NCBI GenBank assembly: GCA_976226885.1
Contig: OZ320317.1
Span: 61,256,001-61,320,000 of the forward strand
Source: Iphione sp. A-MEVVRFRX5
Taxonomy: Eukaryota
Reading direction: 5' to 3'
DNA: 64,000 bases
Part shown: positions 38,831-51,300 of the stretch, piece after piece
Position numbering within the stretch: the first letter of the stretch is position 1
Layout: each line of letters opens with the position of its first letter
Made by a program: the position numbers and the translations under genes
Notes under the pieces: model-generated
Databases searched by the model: none
Seen by the model: only the letters and a program-made list of their open reading frames with translations
What the model was told of the DNA's origin: nothing

Positions 38831-39818
38831 GGAGCGAGTGTACATTCAATATATCAGGCAGAAATTGTACCCTCTTAGAAGTACCCTGTCAACTGCAGTA
38901 TGGCAGCGATCTGCTCTGTTCGTGTTCATATATCTCTGCCATTGCACAAAACGAAGTATAAAGGTACTTGCAGTGGTGCAACTGCACTCTGTCAGATGTG
39001 GGACTCTTTGTTGTCACTAAATGTGTCTGAGGTTCAGACATAGTTGAAGAAGCCCACATTTGAGACAAACTAGCTCAGGAGATTGACTTTATGTACCACA
39101 ACTGCATACCAAGGGCGTGTGCATATACTACCTGTCTGAAAAGCTAATGTGCGGTAACACATTTTGGAACTAATTCACGCATAACTCTCGTTACGTAATC
39201 AAGGAACTCCAGGCATGGCAATGGGGTCCCATTATACTACTCCTATGGCTACATGGAATTACATTTGATTAGATAATGAAGGATGCGGGATATTGAAAGT
39301 AACACGGATCTCAACTACGTCGGTCGCAATAATAATGTGTTTGTGTCACGTCTGCATCGAGGGATCCTTTATTGGAAGCAAGAATTGTTGTTGCTGTGGT
39401 TGTATGACGACGGCCTCTGCTCTTGTATTGTCATGTCGAGTTCTCTAACTGCCTTATCATTGCTCCTGGGGCGGCTCTCGTCTAATCTTCCGTCTCCCCA
39501 GCTACGGTTTCTTCTCGCTAAAATGACAGAGCGCGCTATCGCTTTATCATGGCATGTGCTCTCGTGTGGTGCTAGCCACAATGGGTTTGGTGGGAGGATG
39601 GCCGTGTCCTTACAATCTGATGCACCATTTCGGTAAAAGGGCCTCCTTTCTCTTATTTCCAGCATAGCGATTTCGTATCATTAGGATCAGACGCCTTTAC
39701 CTATATCCAAAGCATAGTGTTACCGTTAAATACCACCCCTTCTCAGTTGAAATCTAATCGTCACTTAAAAGACATAGTGCCTGAAAATTAATACGTCACT
39801 TTTCTCTCTCTTTTCCAG

Positions 39819-39888
39819 ACGGCTACATTGACCTTCCAGTTCCCCTTCTATGGCCACCTCGTCAAACAAGTTACCATAGCAACGGGAG
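39819..39888 (+). CDS. PLXDC1/2: PLXDC-family coding exon (TATLTFQFPFYGHLVKQVTIATG-G)
   Basis: Polypyrimidine tract ending ttttccag before the exon and GTAAGT after it; 70 bp, phase 0 to phase 1. Translation matches the PLXDC motif xxLxFxFPFYGHxxxxITxATGG (human PLXDC2 [23 protein letters not shown], recalled from memory). Confidence 0.93.
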
Positions 39889-40309
39889 GTAAGTGTTTCC
39901 GGGGGTGTCTCAGCTTATTTCGACCGCCAGCACAAGTAACCGCCTCATGTGGCGCTACCCTTCCTCCCTCCCACCAAGGTTCCCTCTCCCCTTGAATACC
40001 TACGGCGTCGTACATATGCCAATCACGATCCCGAACATCGCCCGTGCTAGTAGTGAAATAAAATAGAGGAGACATAAAAAGGAATACCTGTGGCGTGGGG
40101 AAGAGGGTTAGGATTGCGATGGTCTGTGGGTGGCATACGGAATGGTCATTGCCTTTTGTATTGCCTTTGAGGTGCTGCCTCTATTGGCGTTGGTAGCAAA
40201 TACTGACTACTGTATACGTAGCCCAGTCGGGTACGCAGGCGCAAGCGCGTCATATCACACACTACTATAGACTTCAGCGCCAGATTGTCACCATGTGCCG
40301 TACTAACAT

Positions 40310-40560
40310 CACAAATGTGCCCGATCTATTGGCAGCATTTCATCAGATACCTATAGCTACTCCATTAAAATTGACGGTAGGGAATACAGTACACAAGAGC
40401 TCCATATATACTATGGCATCACATTACATACTGACGCGTGTTGTAGCTTTAAGTGGCTCCAGCTCACACAGTACTCCTGGGGCGCCATCCTTTCAAGCTG
40501 CACTGGGAGAGTTTCTGACCTGCTTGTCAATTCAGATGGATTTTCTCTGAGATCTAGGCC
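40310..40560 (+). mobile_element. Decayed LINE RT fragment between two PLXDC exons
   Basis: An open frame with no ATG reads YSIKIDGREYSTQELHIYYGITLHTD, similar to I.IDG..I..V...KYLGITLD. Confidence 0.35.
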
Positions 40561-41035
40561 GGCCTTCCTCAGGAACATGCTTGTCTATCTAAGATGGTCT
40601 TCATTAGAGACAAATCTGTCAAGAGAGGTACATTTCGGTCCAAAGGCAACTCTTGAGATATATCTGTCAATCTTCTTTGAATTTCCCCAGACAAGTCCTT
40701 TTTAGCCCAGATTAATTTTTCTCCCGGTTAGTCATGATTAAGGTCTTTAAAGGTGTTCTCGTCGATCAGGACCTCTATCAAATACATAGCTACACGGGAA
40801 GAAACCCCTATGGCACACACTTTTAAAGGCGAATTAACCTTAATTGTTCATTCATGTTCTGATAAGACCAGATGAGTCTCTTGTTTGCATTTTAGCCTAG
40901 TTTTTTTTATAGTTTACATATTGTTATACAACTGCACATTTGCCTCCACCTACAATATATACGACCTTACTGATTTTAGACTGTAGCCCATGGATATTAT
41001 TTAAGGAAGGACTCCTTTTCTCTTATTTCCATCAG

Positions 41036-41158
41036 GATTCATCTACATGAGCGACTTCCTGCATCAGTGGTTGACGGCCACTCAGTATACAGCGCCCCTC
41101 ATGGCCAACTTCGACACACAGATTGGCAACAACTCAGAAATTCACTACGTCGACAACG
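41036..41158 (+). CDS. PLXDC1/2: PLXDC-family coding exon ([42 protein letters not shown])
   Basis: Acceptor ttatttccatcag, donor GTAAGT, 123 bp, phase 1/1, in frame with the previous exon. Contains the hallmark LTATQY(I/T)APLMANFD. Confidence 0.95.
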
Positions 41159-42099
41159 GTAAGTATTGAAGGAGAACCTTATAACCTCAAATAGAAGTCG
41201 CAGAACCCCCTATTACCCATAGAGAGGAATAGGATACCTAAAAAAATACACTCATTGTACCGTCTCAGAGGTTGAGTTCAGCTTCGGCTGAAAATTTGCC
41301 TCCATTTGTAGGTTTCACGTGCGTGTCACAAATTGGTTGTAAGCCCGACACAGACATAAATGGCCTCTGAGTCGCGAGGGGGTGGGGGACGATGATAAAT
41401 AGCCGTAGATACTTCGCATCATCGGCACGCGCATATAAAAGCACAAGGGCGTTGAGAATTCCTTCTTATTTCATTATCCGTGCATTAATATGGGATAGAA
41501 CAATCACGTCTTTTAAGGCAGCTCCTGTTCCAATTCTGTTTGCTCTAGTTTGAGAAACAGACCCGAAAGATGCGCAGCGAGTGATGGAACGGTATGGTCT
41601 TCCAACACAAAGTCCCTTTTCTGCATTACAGAAAAAAGGACATGCAAAAGATATCAACGAACCCCCAAAAGACTACTTGCCCACCGCCAGACCTCGCGTC
41701 TTCGTGTCAGTTCAGACGTTTAACAAAAATGTGTTTGTTAATATGGTAGTTGACAACCGCTTCCGTAGTTAGAGCCCTCTCAGCTTCGCATACTCTCTAT
41801 CCCCTGGAAACTATAGTGAGTTAATAGTATGAACGTACCACTCATTGGTAGTGACTGGGCGGTAATTGCAGTCTCTCTCATTATGATAATATCCTACGTC
41901 CGGGTACCAACCAACGCCCTAAGACGCCACCTACCGATTGTGTTTTACAACCCGTGTTAATCCCACTGAGACAACACAGACTAAGCTCATTAGTAGAGTC
42001 CTAATTAGTTTAATTATTGTGCCTTTCTAGGGCCATGGGCTGCTTTTAACTACTCATCTAATTGTACTTGTCAGAGAAGTCGGGGGGAAACCCACGCCG

Positions 42100-42660
42100 A
42101 GCCATAACAAAGTGGCCAAAAACGACCCTCCTCCTCACTTATATTTCTACCCTCGCAGAAACTTCTAACCTTCATTTATGTAATGCTTTTCAATATTTCC
42201 GTAACTGCTAGGTCCGGGAAGTTATCTCTTTTCCCCTTATCTGAAGATTACTCTTTCTTCCCCTTATTGCCAGTCAAAGTATTTCCTTCACGCTGCCATG
42301 CTAGCGCCTTCTCCTGGGGCCCCGTTTTTGTTCCCTTTCTCCACCATTTTTTCTACACTTACGTTTCGTTTCCACGCTTGTTCTTCTATTCTTTGTAGTT
42401 TTCGCCATTGTTCTACATGACCGATACGCTCATTCCCTGTGTTTATCACTGAATGATTTCATATTTTCTCCTCGATAACTAACCATCTTTTAGGACCTTT
42501 CTTCCTCCTCCATTACTCATCCTTTTCCCACGTGGCACATTGGACAGACCCACTCGGTTCCTACCAATCTCAATCATACCAACGACTAGGTCTCTACCTA
42601 TCTTTTCTCTCTTTGTCTTTGTGTCTCGATAGCAATCTGACTTCTGTATCACCAAGCAAG
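42100..42660 (-). mobile_element. Decayed LINE of the A/B clade
   Basis: LLGDTEVRLL (compare LLGYRLDARLL) and EIGRNRVGL (compare QIGRVRCLL) occur in the expected order across a frameshift. Confidence 0.35.
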
Positions 42661-43699
42661 TGTAATAGAAATAGTTAAGGGTATCTTGTTTACTGATTCC
42701 TTTTCATCCATATTCACTTGTTAACCAGACACCTTCAGCAGGACCAAACATTTTAATGTATGACTGTCATTTTGTCAGTTTTTTTTTATCCTGATACTGG
42801 TCCTTGTGAACAGGAGCTCCCACTGGATGAAATGAAAACATTTCACAAGCTTTAGAGGTAAGACTGGCTAATTAAGAGAAATACTGCAGCATTTATATTT
42901 ATCTAACAAGGATTGTTTCATAGCAAGTCAGCAAAATTAAACAATGGTTTTTGGGAGTAGCCATTATTCAGTCTGGCATGTGCACCCTCCCACAGTACTC
43001 TCCTTTTTATCAGGTGTGGTGACCATCCCAGAGTTATCTCTACTGGACACACATCATACCTTTACATTATGTTTACCAAATCCTATGGTTAAGGTGAGGA
43101 TCGCCTTAGATCTGTCACATGTATAAACAGAACTTAATTGAATGTTGTCTGCGGGCTAGTAGCCACCTAAAAAACCTGCCAATTTATCTTATTATAAGTT
43201 ATCCGCAGTTTTTCACAGGAAATCAGAAATTGGACAGTAAGGGTAAGATTAACATGTCCACAACTAGATATCAGTGCCCATCCGATATTTGAAAGAAAGA
43301 AGTAGGAACTATGATAGCTGTGAGCTATTCCCTTGAATGTCTGATTTGAGACATTGGAACAAATCAGCGAATTTGATCATAAGTTTATATGTGAAAATGC
43401 TTTTTTTAAGGAATATGTCAGGTTATGTGTGTAAATGTCTATATTTTCCCAATTCCCACAGGGAGTAATAGTATAAGGATCCTAAAGGGAGAGACAGAGA
43501 CAGAGAGATTAACAACAATTTTTGTCATCGGAAATGCCAAGGTTGTTTTCTTAACAGGACTGTATTTAATGCTTCCTTCGTTTAGAAGGTGTGCTGATTA
43601 CTAACCACTCCTCTAGGCCGTACAAATTCTGAATAATTTGATCACGTCTTAATTATTAAGTAGTATATTAATCATAATTAAAATAAATCAGATCAATGT

Positions 43700-44150
43700 G
43701 ATTCCGTTAGATCTTTATGGTGAATAGGATGGTAGATTAGATAATGTAGTGTATGAAAAATACGTTTTGGGCCATGTAAGATTATTAATATCTAGTATTT
43801 CAATTGATATTAAGTGCTCCACATAAAGAAACTCTCTCTGCTGTGAGTTCTCTTGCTGATAATTGCATCAGACTTTTGGCCTAACTATGTCTAATTCAAT
43901 TTAACACGAAATGGTACAAAATATATATGATACGCTCCGTTCGTGATCTCGTCAGAGCAGAATGGCAATTTTCAATTATTGAAAAAGCAGAACCTTAAGT
44001 ATGGTAGTGTACCTGTGAAGATTACGTATGGCAATATTGTAAGTGTACATGTTTCAACAATGCTTATTAGTCAGCCATCACCGAGTGGTATTTGTTAAGC
44101 ACTGATTATATGTTGTCAAATAAATATTGATACCTTAATCACCTCAGCCC
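43700..44150 (-). mobile_element. Possible decayed AT-rich LINE fragment
   Basis: F.*QHII ... ILPYVIFTGTLPYLRFC resembles F.EHI ... LP...LY...LPHLRY. Confidence 0.28.
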
Positions 44151-46099
44151 TATTAACATTGTAGAGGGGAAAGGCAGTAGTGTAAATAGCTTCATTACTG
44201 CATAATCATAGAGTCCGAACTGAACTTGGTAATCTTTTGTTGTATATTAGTCAGATTCTAAATCAAAACGTCCTTTTCCTACATTTAAAATTTGTCTTCT
44301 TGTTTTGGAAGCAACAATTGTTGCTGTCATAACAGTCATTGCATGCTCAGCCAGTATAAGCAAGAATATGCGACTTTGTTGTGTACGAGCAAATATTGCT
44401 CCTTTTGGAACAGTAGCTTTTCGAACGAACCCACAGCAGTAGTAGCCATGGTTAGATGAGGCGATCTTCTTTTATTTTCTCAATAGTACCAAGTAATGCA
44501 AGGGGGCTACTTAAGAAACCATTTCGCGAGAAGTTGGAATTGGCAGAATAAAGTTCCCACCAATTCTCGGTGAGAGCTTGGAAATGAGAAGTCAGGCTTT
44601 GCACTTAATCTTTCTCGATTTGCCCTTCATCTCACTAATGGCTTTGCTAATTTTGCACGAATAAATCCACACGAAAGCAGCCAACATTTACTGTAAATCC
44701 CTAATTAACTTGCATTTTAATCATCATTAGCCAGACTGTCGGGGTGAATCTAGATCATGTTTTGTGCGCAGCGTCCCGACGCAATGGTAGCCGTTACGAT
44801 CAGTATACAAATCGTAATGGGTTATTCTGTAAATAAGGCGCATGGCGTTGGGAGAAGTAGATAATGCTAAGCAAGTGGACATTTCCATTTAGTGTTATCT
44901 CGTTGATTTATAAAGGAATATATATGTAAATATATATAAGAGAAGTAGCCATCATGTATAGAGTCACTATGGCGTAGACGACATGTAATGAGACGGTCTG
45001 GCATATTGGAATAACCCTGCTTATCACAGTTTGCGCCTCCTGATATGCTTATTGTCGAGTCGAAGCCAGCTCCTCCGCAAAGCCAATTCAGGTTTTACTA
45101 TATATTTAGCATAAAGACTTATTAGAATTTGTATGTCTATCATTTCCAGACAGGACCCCTTATTACACTAGTCCTTATATAGTGTTCTGTGAGGCGGCAA
45201 GACCCTCTGGTATTTATAGCGAGGCACGGCATGGCTGCAAGCATTGTTAATGATTTCTGACAGGGAGAAAACCTACTGCATGTATACCGTAGAAGTTAAG
45301 GTGGCATATCATATCCCACTGTCAAAATAGATGCATCGTGACTGATGCGTCGGAGAAGTGTATTTCTAGGGATATGTTTTCAGAATGTGGAAGATATAGA
45401 TTCATATAATCCGCAGTAATCATGATATTGTGAATATTTTTGTTCAAATGAAATATTCAAATAAAATACGTACGGTATGCTATTCTGCATAATCCATCCC
45501 AGCCTAGGAATGCCACATGGCATCTTCTCCTGACATTCTCAGAGCAGAAAGATATGTATATTAGAGAGCAGTAAAGGTTCCATGCATCCATAGTATATTA
45601 AAGAAAATATCATCGCTTTTGCCAACGCCATGCTTTAACTGAAGAACCCTCTCTTTTCGTCTGTCTTTCGTGTCACATAGATTTCTCTCTCTCTCTCACT
45701 CTCTCTCGGCCCGGGTTAACGTTTATTAGTTAATGTATTCTGTGTATGTCTCTGCTAGTCTGTAAGTAACAGAAACATTGTAATCTTGAAGGGGGATGGA
45801 GTCAGAGTGAGATGTAGGGAACATACTGCCCGAGACATATGTCAGAACATACTATCTGGCAAAGGAATACAAAGCGGCAGCCTTCTTCATTCTAGTTTGT
45901 TAGATAGCTGTTACTTAAGGTAGATTAATAATATCGAAAATGAGCTTGTTTTACACTTTTGATATAATATTATTGATTCTATTGCCCTGATGCGTTACCT
46001 TGCACTATTTCCTTCTGTAGTAAAGTACCTTCAGAAGTGTATATCCCATGTACTGTAACATCTCCAGCACTATGAACTAGGAGGACGTAGACGAAATCA

Positions 46100-46420
46100 A
46101 TGTCTAGCCTTTGATAATTGCACTGTGCAAATCCATTCCTACAGAAAGACATGGAAACGTACCCGGGACTATTTCCCGGGCCGTTCGTATTGTACTGCTC
46201 GAGAGTGCTTTAAATAGAACGTAATACACATTAACCTTTGGAAATAGATGTGTCATACAGTCTTTCTGTCGGTGTAGTCTGTCTCCGTCTCTGTCACACT
46301 GTACGCAGCACATGACTCCCTTGTATAGGCAGCGGTTTTCCTCCTTCCTTAGTTCGTCAGGGATGGCAGCAGTCCACAGAAAGCAATTCGAAGTTCTTTC
46401 CCATACCGCCAGCATACCTT
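46100..46420 (-). mobile_element. Decayed LINE of the A/B clade
   Basis: ORF 46104-46415 has LWTAAI, CLYKGV and DGDRLH in the same order as MWRAAI, RLYKSLV and DVDRLQ. Confidence 0.35.
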
Positions 46421-47899
46421 TATGACAGCACGTGTAGTAGATATGTTTTCTGTTCGTATATTATGTGCGCTTTTGTCCAATTTGCTTCACCCTTGAATTT
46501 TTTCGAAACTTAGCTTTCCTCATTTCAATTGTTAAAGTCAGTCTTATTAGCATCTACTTTGGCATGCCATGCACTTCAGTTGTTAGATATACGCCTGGCT
46601 AAGGAGCGAAAACAACCATAAGGAATGTGTATCTTCCTTTGGAGACTGCAGGCTATCCACAGGATAGGGTATCGCGTAACTAGTCACTCAATATGACCTG
46701 AGGATTTATGAGATTACCCTACTGTCATCACAATGCAATATGATCCTATTAGCTTCCAGCATGAATCGGTATGTATGAAGGTGTCTGTACGTCAATATTT
46801 CATGCATAATCAAACTTCTAGCTAGCCCATTAATATCTTGTCAGAGCCAATAGGCATTATTCGTCAGATAAAGTAGGCTATTATTTATGCCTGGCGGTAA
46901 TTGTCATGCACGTAGCAATCCAATAAAACACAAGCACAGGCGAGCTGACACAATATGAAGATATGGGGTTTCTGCTGTAAAAACCATCGGTTAAACAAGG
47001 AAGAAAAGACACAGCAAAGGACACACCATGTTATCAGTGAGTTAGAAGAATTTGCACTGCATTCCAAACATTTAGCGTATACAGGGATAATATATTGTTA
47101 TAATCTTACAGATATGTCATACTTATACTGGGATAATACATAATGTAAAATGAAACATTACCATACGGGAACTGATTTTGTGTTTATTGGAAGAGACGAA
47201 CTATTCTCACCAATTGATTTCATGTATGATGCCCAAGAAGGTTCATGTTTATTCAGCATCTATGGAATATTCCATACTTACACATGAGGTGATATGTATT
47301 ATACCCAATGCAACCCATGTTCACATGACGTGTGATATAAGTGTGTGTATAAATGTATGATGCAAAATGCGTTCACACGTTCACACGGGGATGATGATTT
47401 TCAAATGTTTGCAGTCTAAGAAAAGAAGATGAAATATTTCCATCGTAACACAGGTTTAAAAAAAATGATGCCGGATGACCTTACAACAGTACCATGACTG
47501 AGGAGCCGCTTTGGATCTCGAGACTATCCGTGATCTACCACTCTCATATTGAGTTGGCAAGCAGGTCACGCCGAGGATGTGGGGGAGGGGAGCATGGAGG
47601 TGATGTAAATGGCGTGGCAAGTTCCTGCTACAAGGTGAGAATCTAACAAGGGAGACTCACAATCAACTAACGCAGTGATGTAGAAATGGAGTGACGGACA
47701 CATGTGACACAGACAAACACTAACATACATTAAATTCGCCGATATAGACACGTTAGTGACTTACTAGTGAATCACCAAAAGATCTAAAGTTACATTAGGC
47801 ACAGCGGAACGACAAGTTATTGGTGGTCAGCCAGCCTAGAAGGAGAGGGGTTAAAAAGTTCACTGATCAGAGTGGCATTTATGTTGTTTGTTGCTCAGT

Positions 47900-48300
47900 G
47901 GGGATTGGCAGGCCTCTCCAAGGTCCAATTAATTGGCGATCACCCGCGAACAAGGCAAACTTCAATAGGCCGCCCCACCGGACAAGTTCATTACTACAGC
48001 ACTGCCATCTTGCGGCCGTCGTATTGACACCTGCTGCGGCGTGTCCCCTCCAGGGGGCGTGTGATAGATGGAGGTCGGGTCGGCAGAGCACAAACCCTCG
48101 TCCAACGTCCCTCATATACAGCGGCAACCCCATCCCGAATCTCCGGACATCCAGGACGACTCAACACCCCCTAACTCCACGCCGGCTTGGTCCTACTTTT
48201 AAATATGAGTATCCGTCACCACTCGCTGCACCCTCTACCGCAAGTAAGCCCTTACGCACGGCTTAAGCGCTGCCTGCGCATGCGTGATGAGGTCGCTCCC
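47900..48300. promoter_or_regulatory. CpG-rich intronic island with YY1-, CTCF- and NRF1-like motifs
   Basis: GCCATCTTG at about 48004, CCTCCAGGGGGCG at 48047, TGCGCATGCG at about 48275; CpG dense compared with the flanks. Confidence 0.35.
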
Positions 48301-51300
48301 CGCTCCATAAAGAGAAATTAGTCCTCCGATTATCCAGCAGGAAACGAAGATGGGGTCAGGCATGGAATGGAAATTAGGCGGGTGTGGGGTGTGGGGGTCG
48401 GATGGGGGGGGATCTTAAAGTCAGAAATACGTCCAAGGTCATACATACACATGAACAGACATACATGCTGACACCCAGAAGCGATGGCAACCGAAAGTGA
48501 AAGCGATGGCTGATTACATGAAACCTGCCCACTGAACTCACCATTTTCTGACCAGTCTGTAAGTTCAAGGAGTCAATGTGTCATATTCTGCATGGTCAGT
48601 GTTACTGCCTGAGCCACACACTAACCAACCAATGACCACGGACGAAGGCCTCGGTGCCAGGACATCACGCCTCTTTTGTATGTTCCTGTCTTGTCCGTCA
48701 ACTGACCAATGTCCCTCCCTGAAATTTTCGTTCTCAAAACATGCTTACAGGTCATTATTTGCCTGATATATAGTCATGCCTGTGATGCACCTCCAATCAG
48801 TCACTAAAATCCCAGATGAATTGTGGCATAGCTGAGTGATGGTTTTGATTAACTAGCCAGCCGTTAATGGTAGGGATTTACCTTTTTTGCCAGATCGGTG
48901 GTCCTGCGTTAGCGGTCCAGGCACCCATCCTTAACCAGGCACTACAATTTGGGATTCATTCTGTTCTATCTGATCCATGGTGTTGCCCCATACCCACTAA
49001 CTGACCGCCACGCAACCAGTCACTAATATTAAGTGCATGCCCTCCACCTGCAATGACCGCCTGATGGCCTCCATTGGCTCAGCACACCGGAAGTGGTGAC
49101 TGGGGCGCCACATAGTGGCTTCCATCGGCGTAGATCAGACGCCTAGTGGACACCATGCATATTCGTGCCATTTATCACGTGAGATCCTGACGCCACGCTG
49201 GGCACCATTGACGACGCTAAGCTGTTGCCGGTGACGATATCCAGTCGAAAAAAGGGTTTGCATACAGGAACGTCAGAGCAACTTCGATGGCGTTTAGAGT
49301 AATATACAGCTGGGGGCTGGTTCGTTCTGATGGACGTACATGTTTCCCATAACAGAGGCCCACCTGCCCCTCAGAATATTAGTCATAAATTGTCACCCGT
49401 ACTGAAGACCGAGAGTAATTGATGTTACTTTTATCTAAAGAAAAAATCGTTCATCTAAGAACCCCAAACTACTCTATGCTCCAAATGAGCTGGCATCCTG
49501 TACGAGTGTGGTTATTATGGCCATTATATTATCATACTTAATCCAATCACCATTACATAAATGATAGCGTAGCGCATCAAAACATGTTTAACTGATAGAT
49601 ATGAATTCGTTCTTATATATATTTTATGAGTTATAAGAGTCCCAAGTACGAATTCTATTATAGGTATACTGAGGGCCCCTACCGATTATATTAAAGGAGT
49701 AATCATTACTCCTCTAGATTTCCTTACGACAAAGTACAACTGCCATTTGATTCAGGTTATGAGGCTTCCTTGTGAGACCTTATATACTTAACTTCATGAT
49801 TACTGAGCACGTGTACTCCGTTCATGCTTAGATCGTAGGTCCTTAGTTCACATCAGTGTCATTTTGTATGTCATATTGTCCTGCTTTATGAGATACGTGC
49901 ATGCAATAATACATCACGTGGCGTGCTTATACTCGTAAGCTTCTGCAGGCGGTTACTGCATTCATAGCCTCAAGTGACTTATATGTCCAGATGTAGCACA
50001 TAGTATCTATGATTAATTTAACTAATGATGATAACCAAATTCAGTCCAGACGCCAAAGCAGAATGCTTGCCATGTCACATGAAATTGTGTGGATTTCAGA
50101 TATTTAGGATTCCGAATTTTGTTGCCTGAGAACGCATTCGTCAATATATCAGTCAAAGAAATAAGTGAGCATTCCTTTGATCATAGTCATTGAGGGAGTG
50201 GTCTGGGGACGTGCGGACCGGCCCACAGCTTTCACAGAGGTGTCGCAGTGTGTGTGCACGAACGAAGCCAATGAGGAAGCAGGCTGGTTACGCCTGCCAC
50301 CCTGCCACACCCATCCATGGTGTGTGTAGCTGATTAAAGTCATTCAAAACATTTGGAAATGGAACACATTCCTACTTGTTGAGTTCGGTTTTTGAGTCTT
50401 GTCTGTAGGTATAAGAGGTCAGCAGCTTAAAGTCACTTCGGTTGTTAGGGCTGGAGGCGAGGATGTACCGTCGTCGAAGGGAGCTGTAATGTGAGTGTGC
50501 ATCTTTTAATTCTCTGAGGGTTAGCTCTGTGGTTGAAGAACATGGAATACTTCTACCCAGAGTTTCCACACTCAGTGTTTGTGTGTTCTGAGCTGGCAAA
50601 ATAACCTGTAACCTCAAAAGTCGAGCTTGACATGACAGAATGACTAAGTGGTGTTGGGACCACTACTGGCATCAAGGTCTCTCCCTGAATACGTCTGCTG
50701 TGTTGAAGTCAGTCACTGGTGGTACAGCCGCTGTAACCCCAGCCAGTGCGGGTGTGAGAGTACAGGAACCTAACTCATCGCACCTAGTTGCACACACCAG
50801 TCATGCTGCTGTTTGCGGTTGATGACATCACCGCTGAACAACATCATTCCCGACTGGTGGTGTCAATTTATACAGTGGGTTATGCAATGAAAGGGAGCAG
50901 GAGGCCTGAGGAGGAATGCTTTGTCCCCCTCTTCCGAAGTGCCCTTGGTGCATGACCACAGTGCTCAAGAATTGCATCACCAGAAAGGAAACATGGAATA
51001 CAACATTGGTCTGCCCCATTCGTGAAGGCCCCCGCGTAATCGGTACCCCACACCGTCAATGAATGAATGTGTTAATACGCAGAAATTATTCACGGGTGTG
51101 GGCGGGGGAGGGAGGTTGATGAAAACAGAGACTCATAACCAACTGGCAAACGATTCCCTCAATTTCATGAGATGAATGTTATTTTGTAACATGTTATCTG
51201 TCTCGTATGACAAAGTGGAGAGGAAACCCGGTCCTCCTTTTGGTAAACGCATTTTGTTCCTGGAAGTTACAAGCTCCTGTTATTCCATGACTTGCCGTAG

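Noticed and set aside
50640-50680. WCWDHYWHQ resembling PLXDC [8 protein letters not shown], as a possible duplicate exon
   Set aside because: No good acceptor or donor with the required phases; similarity limited to WDH..Q.
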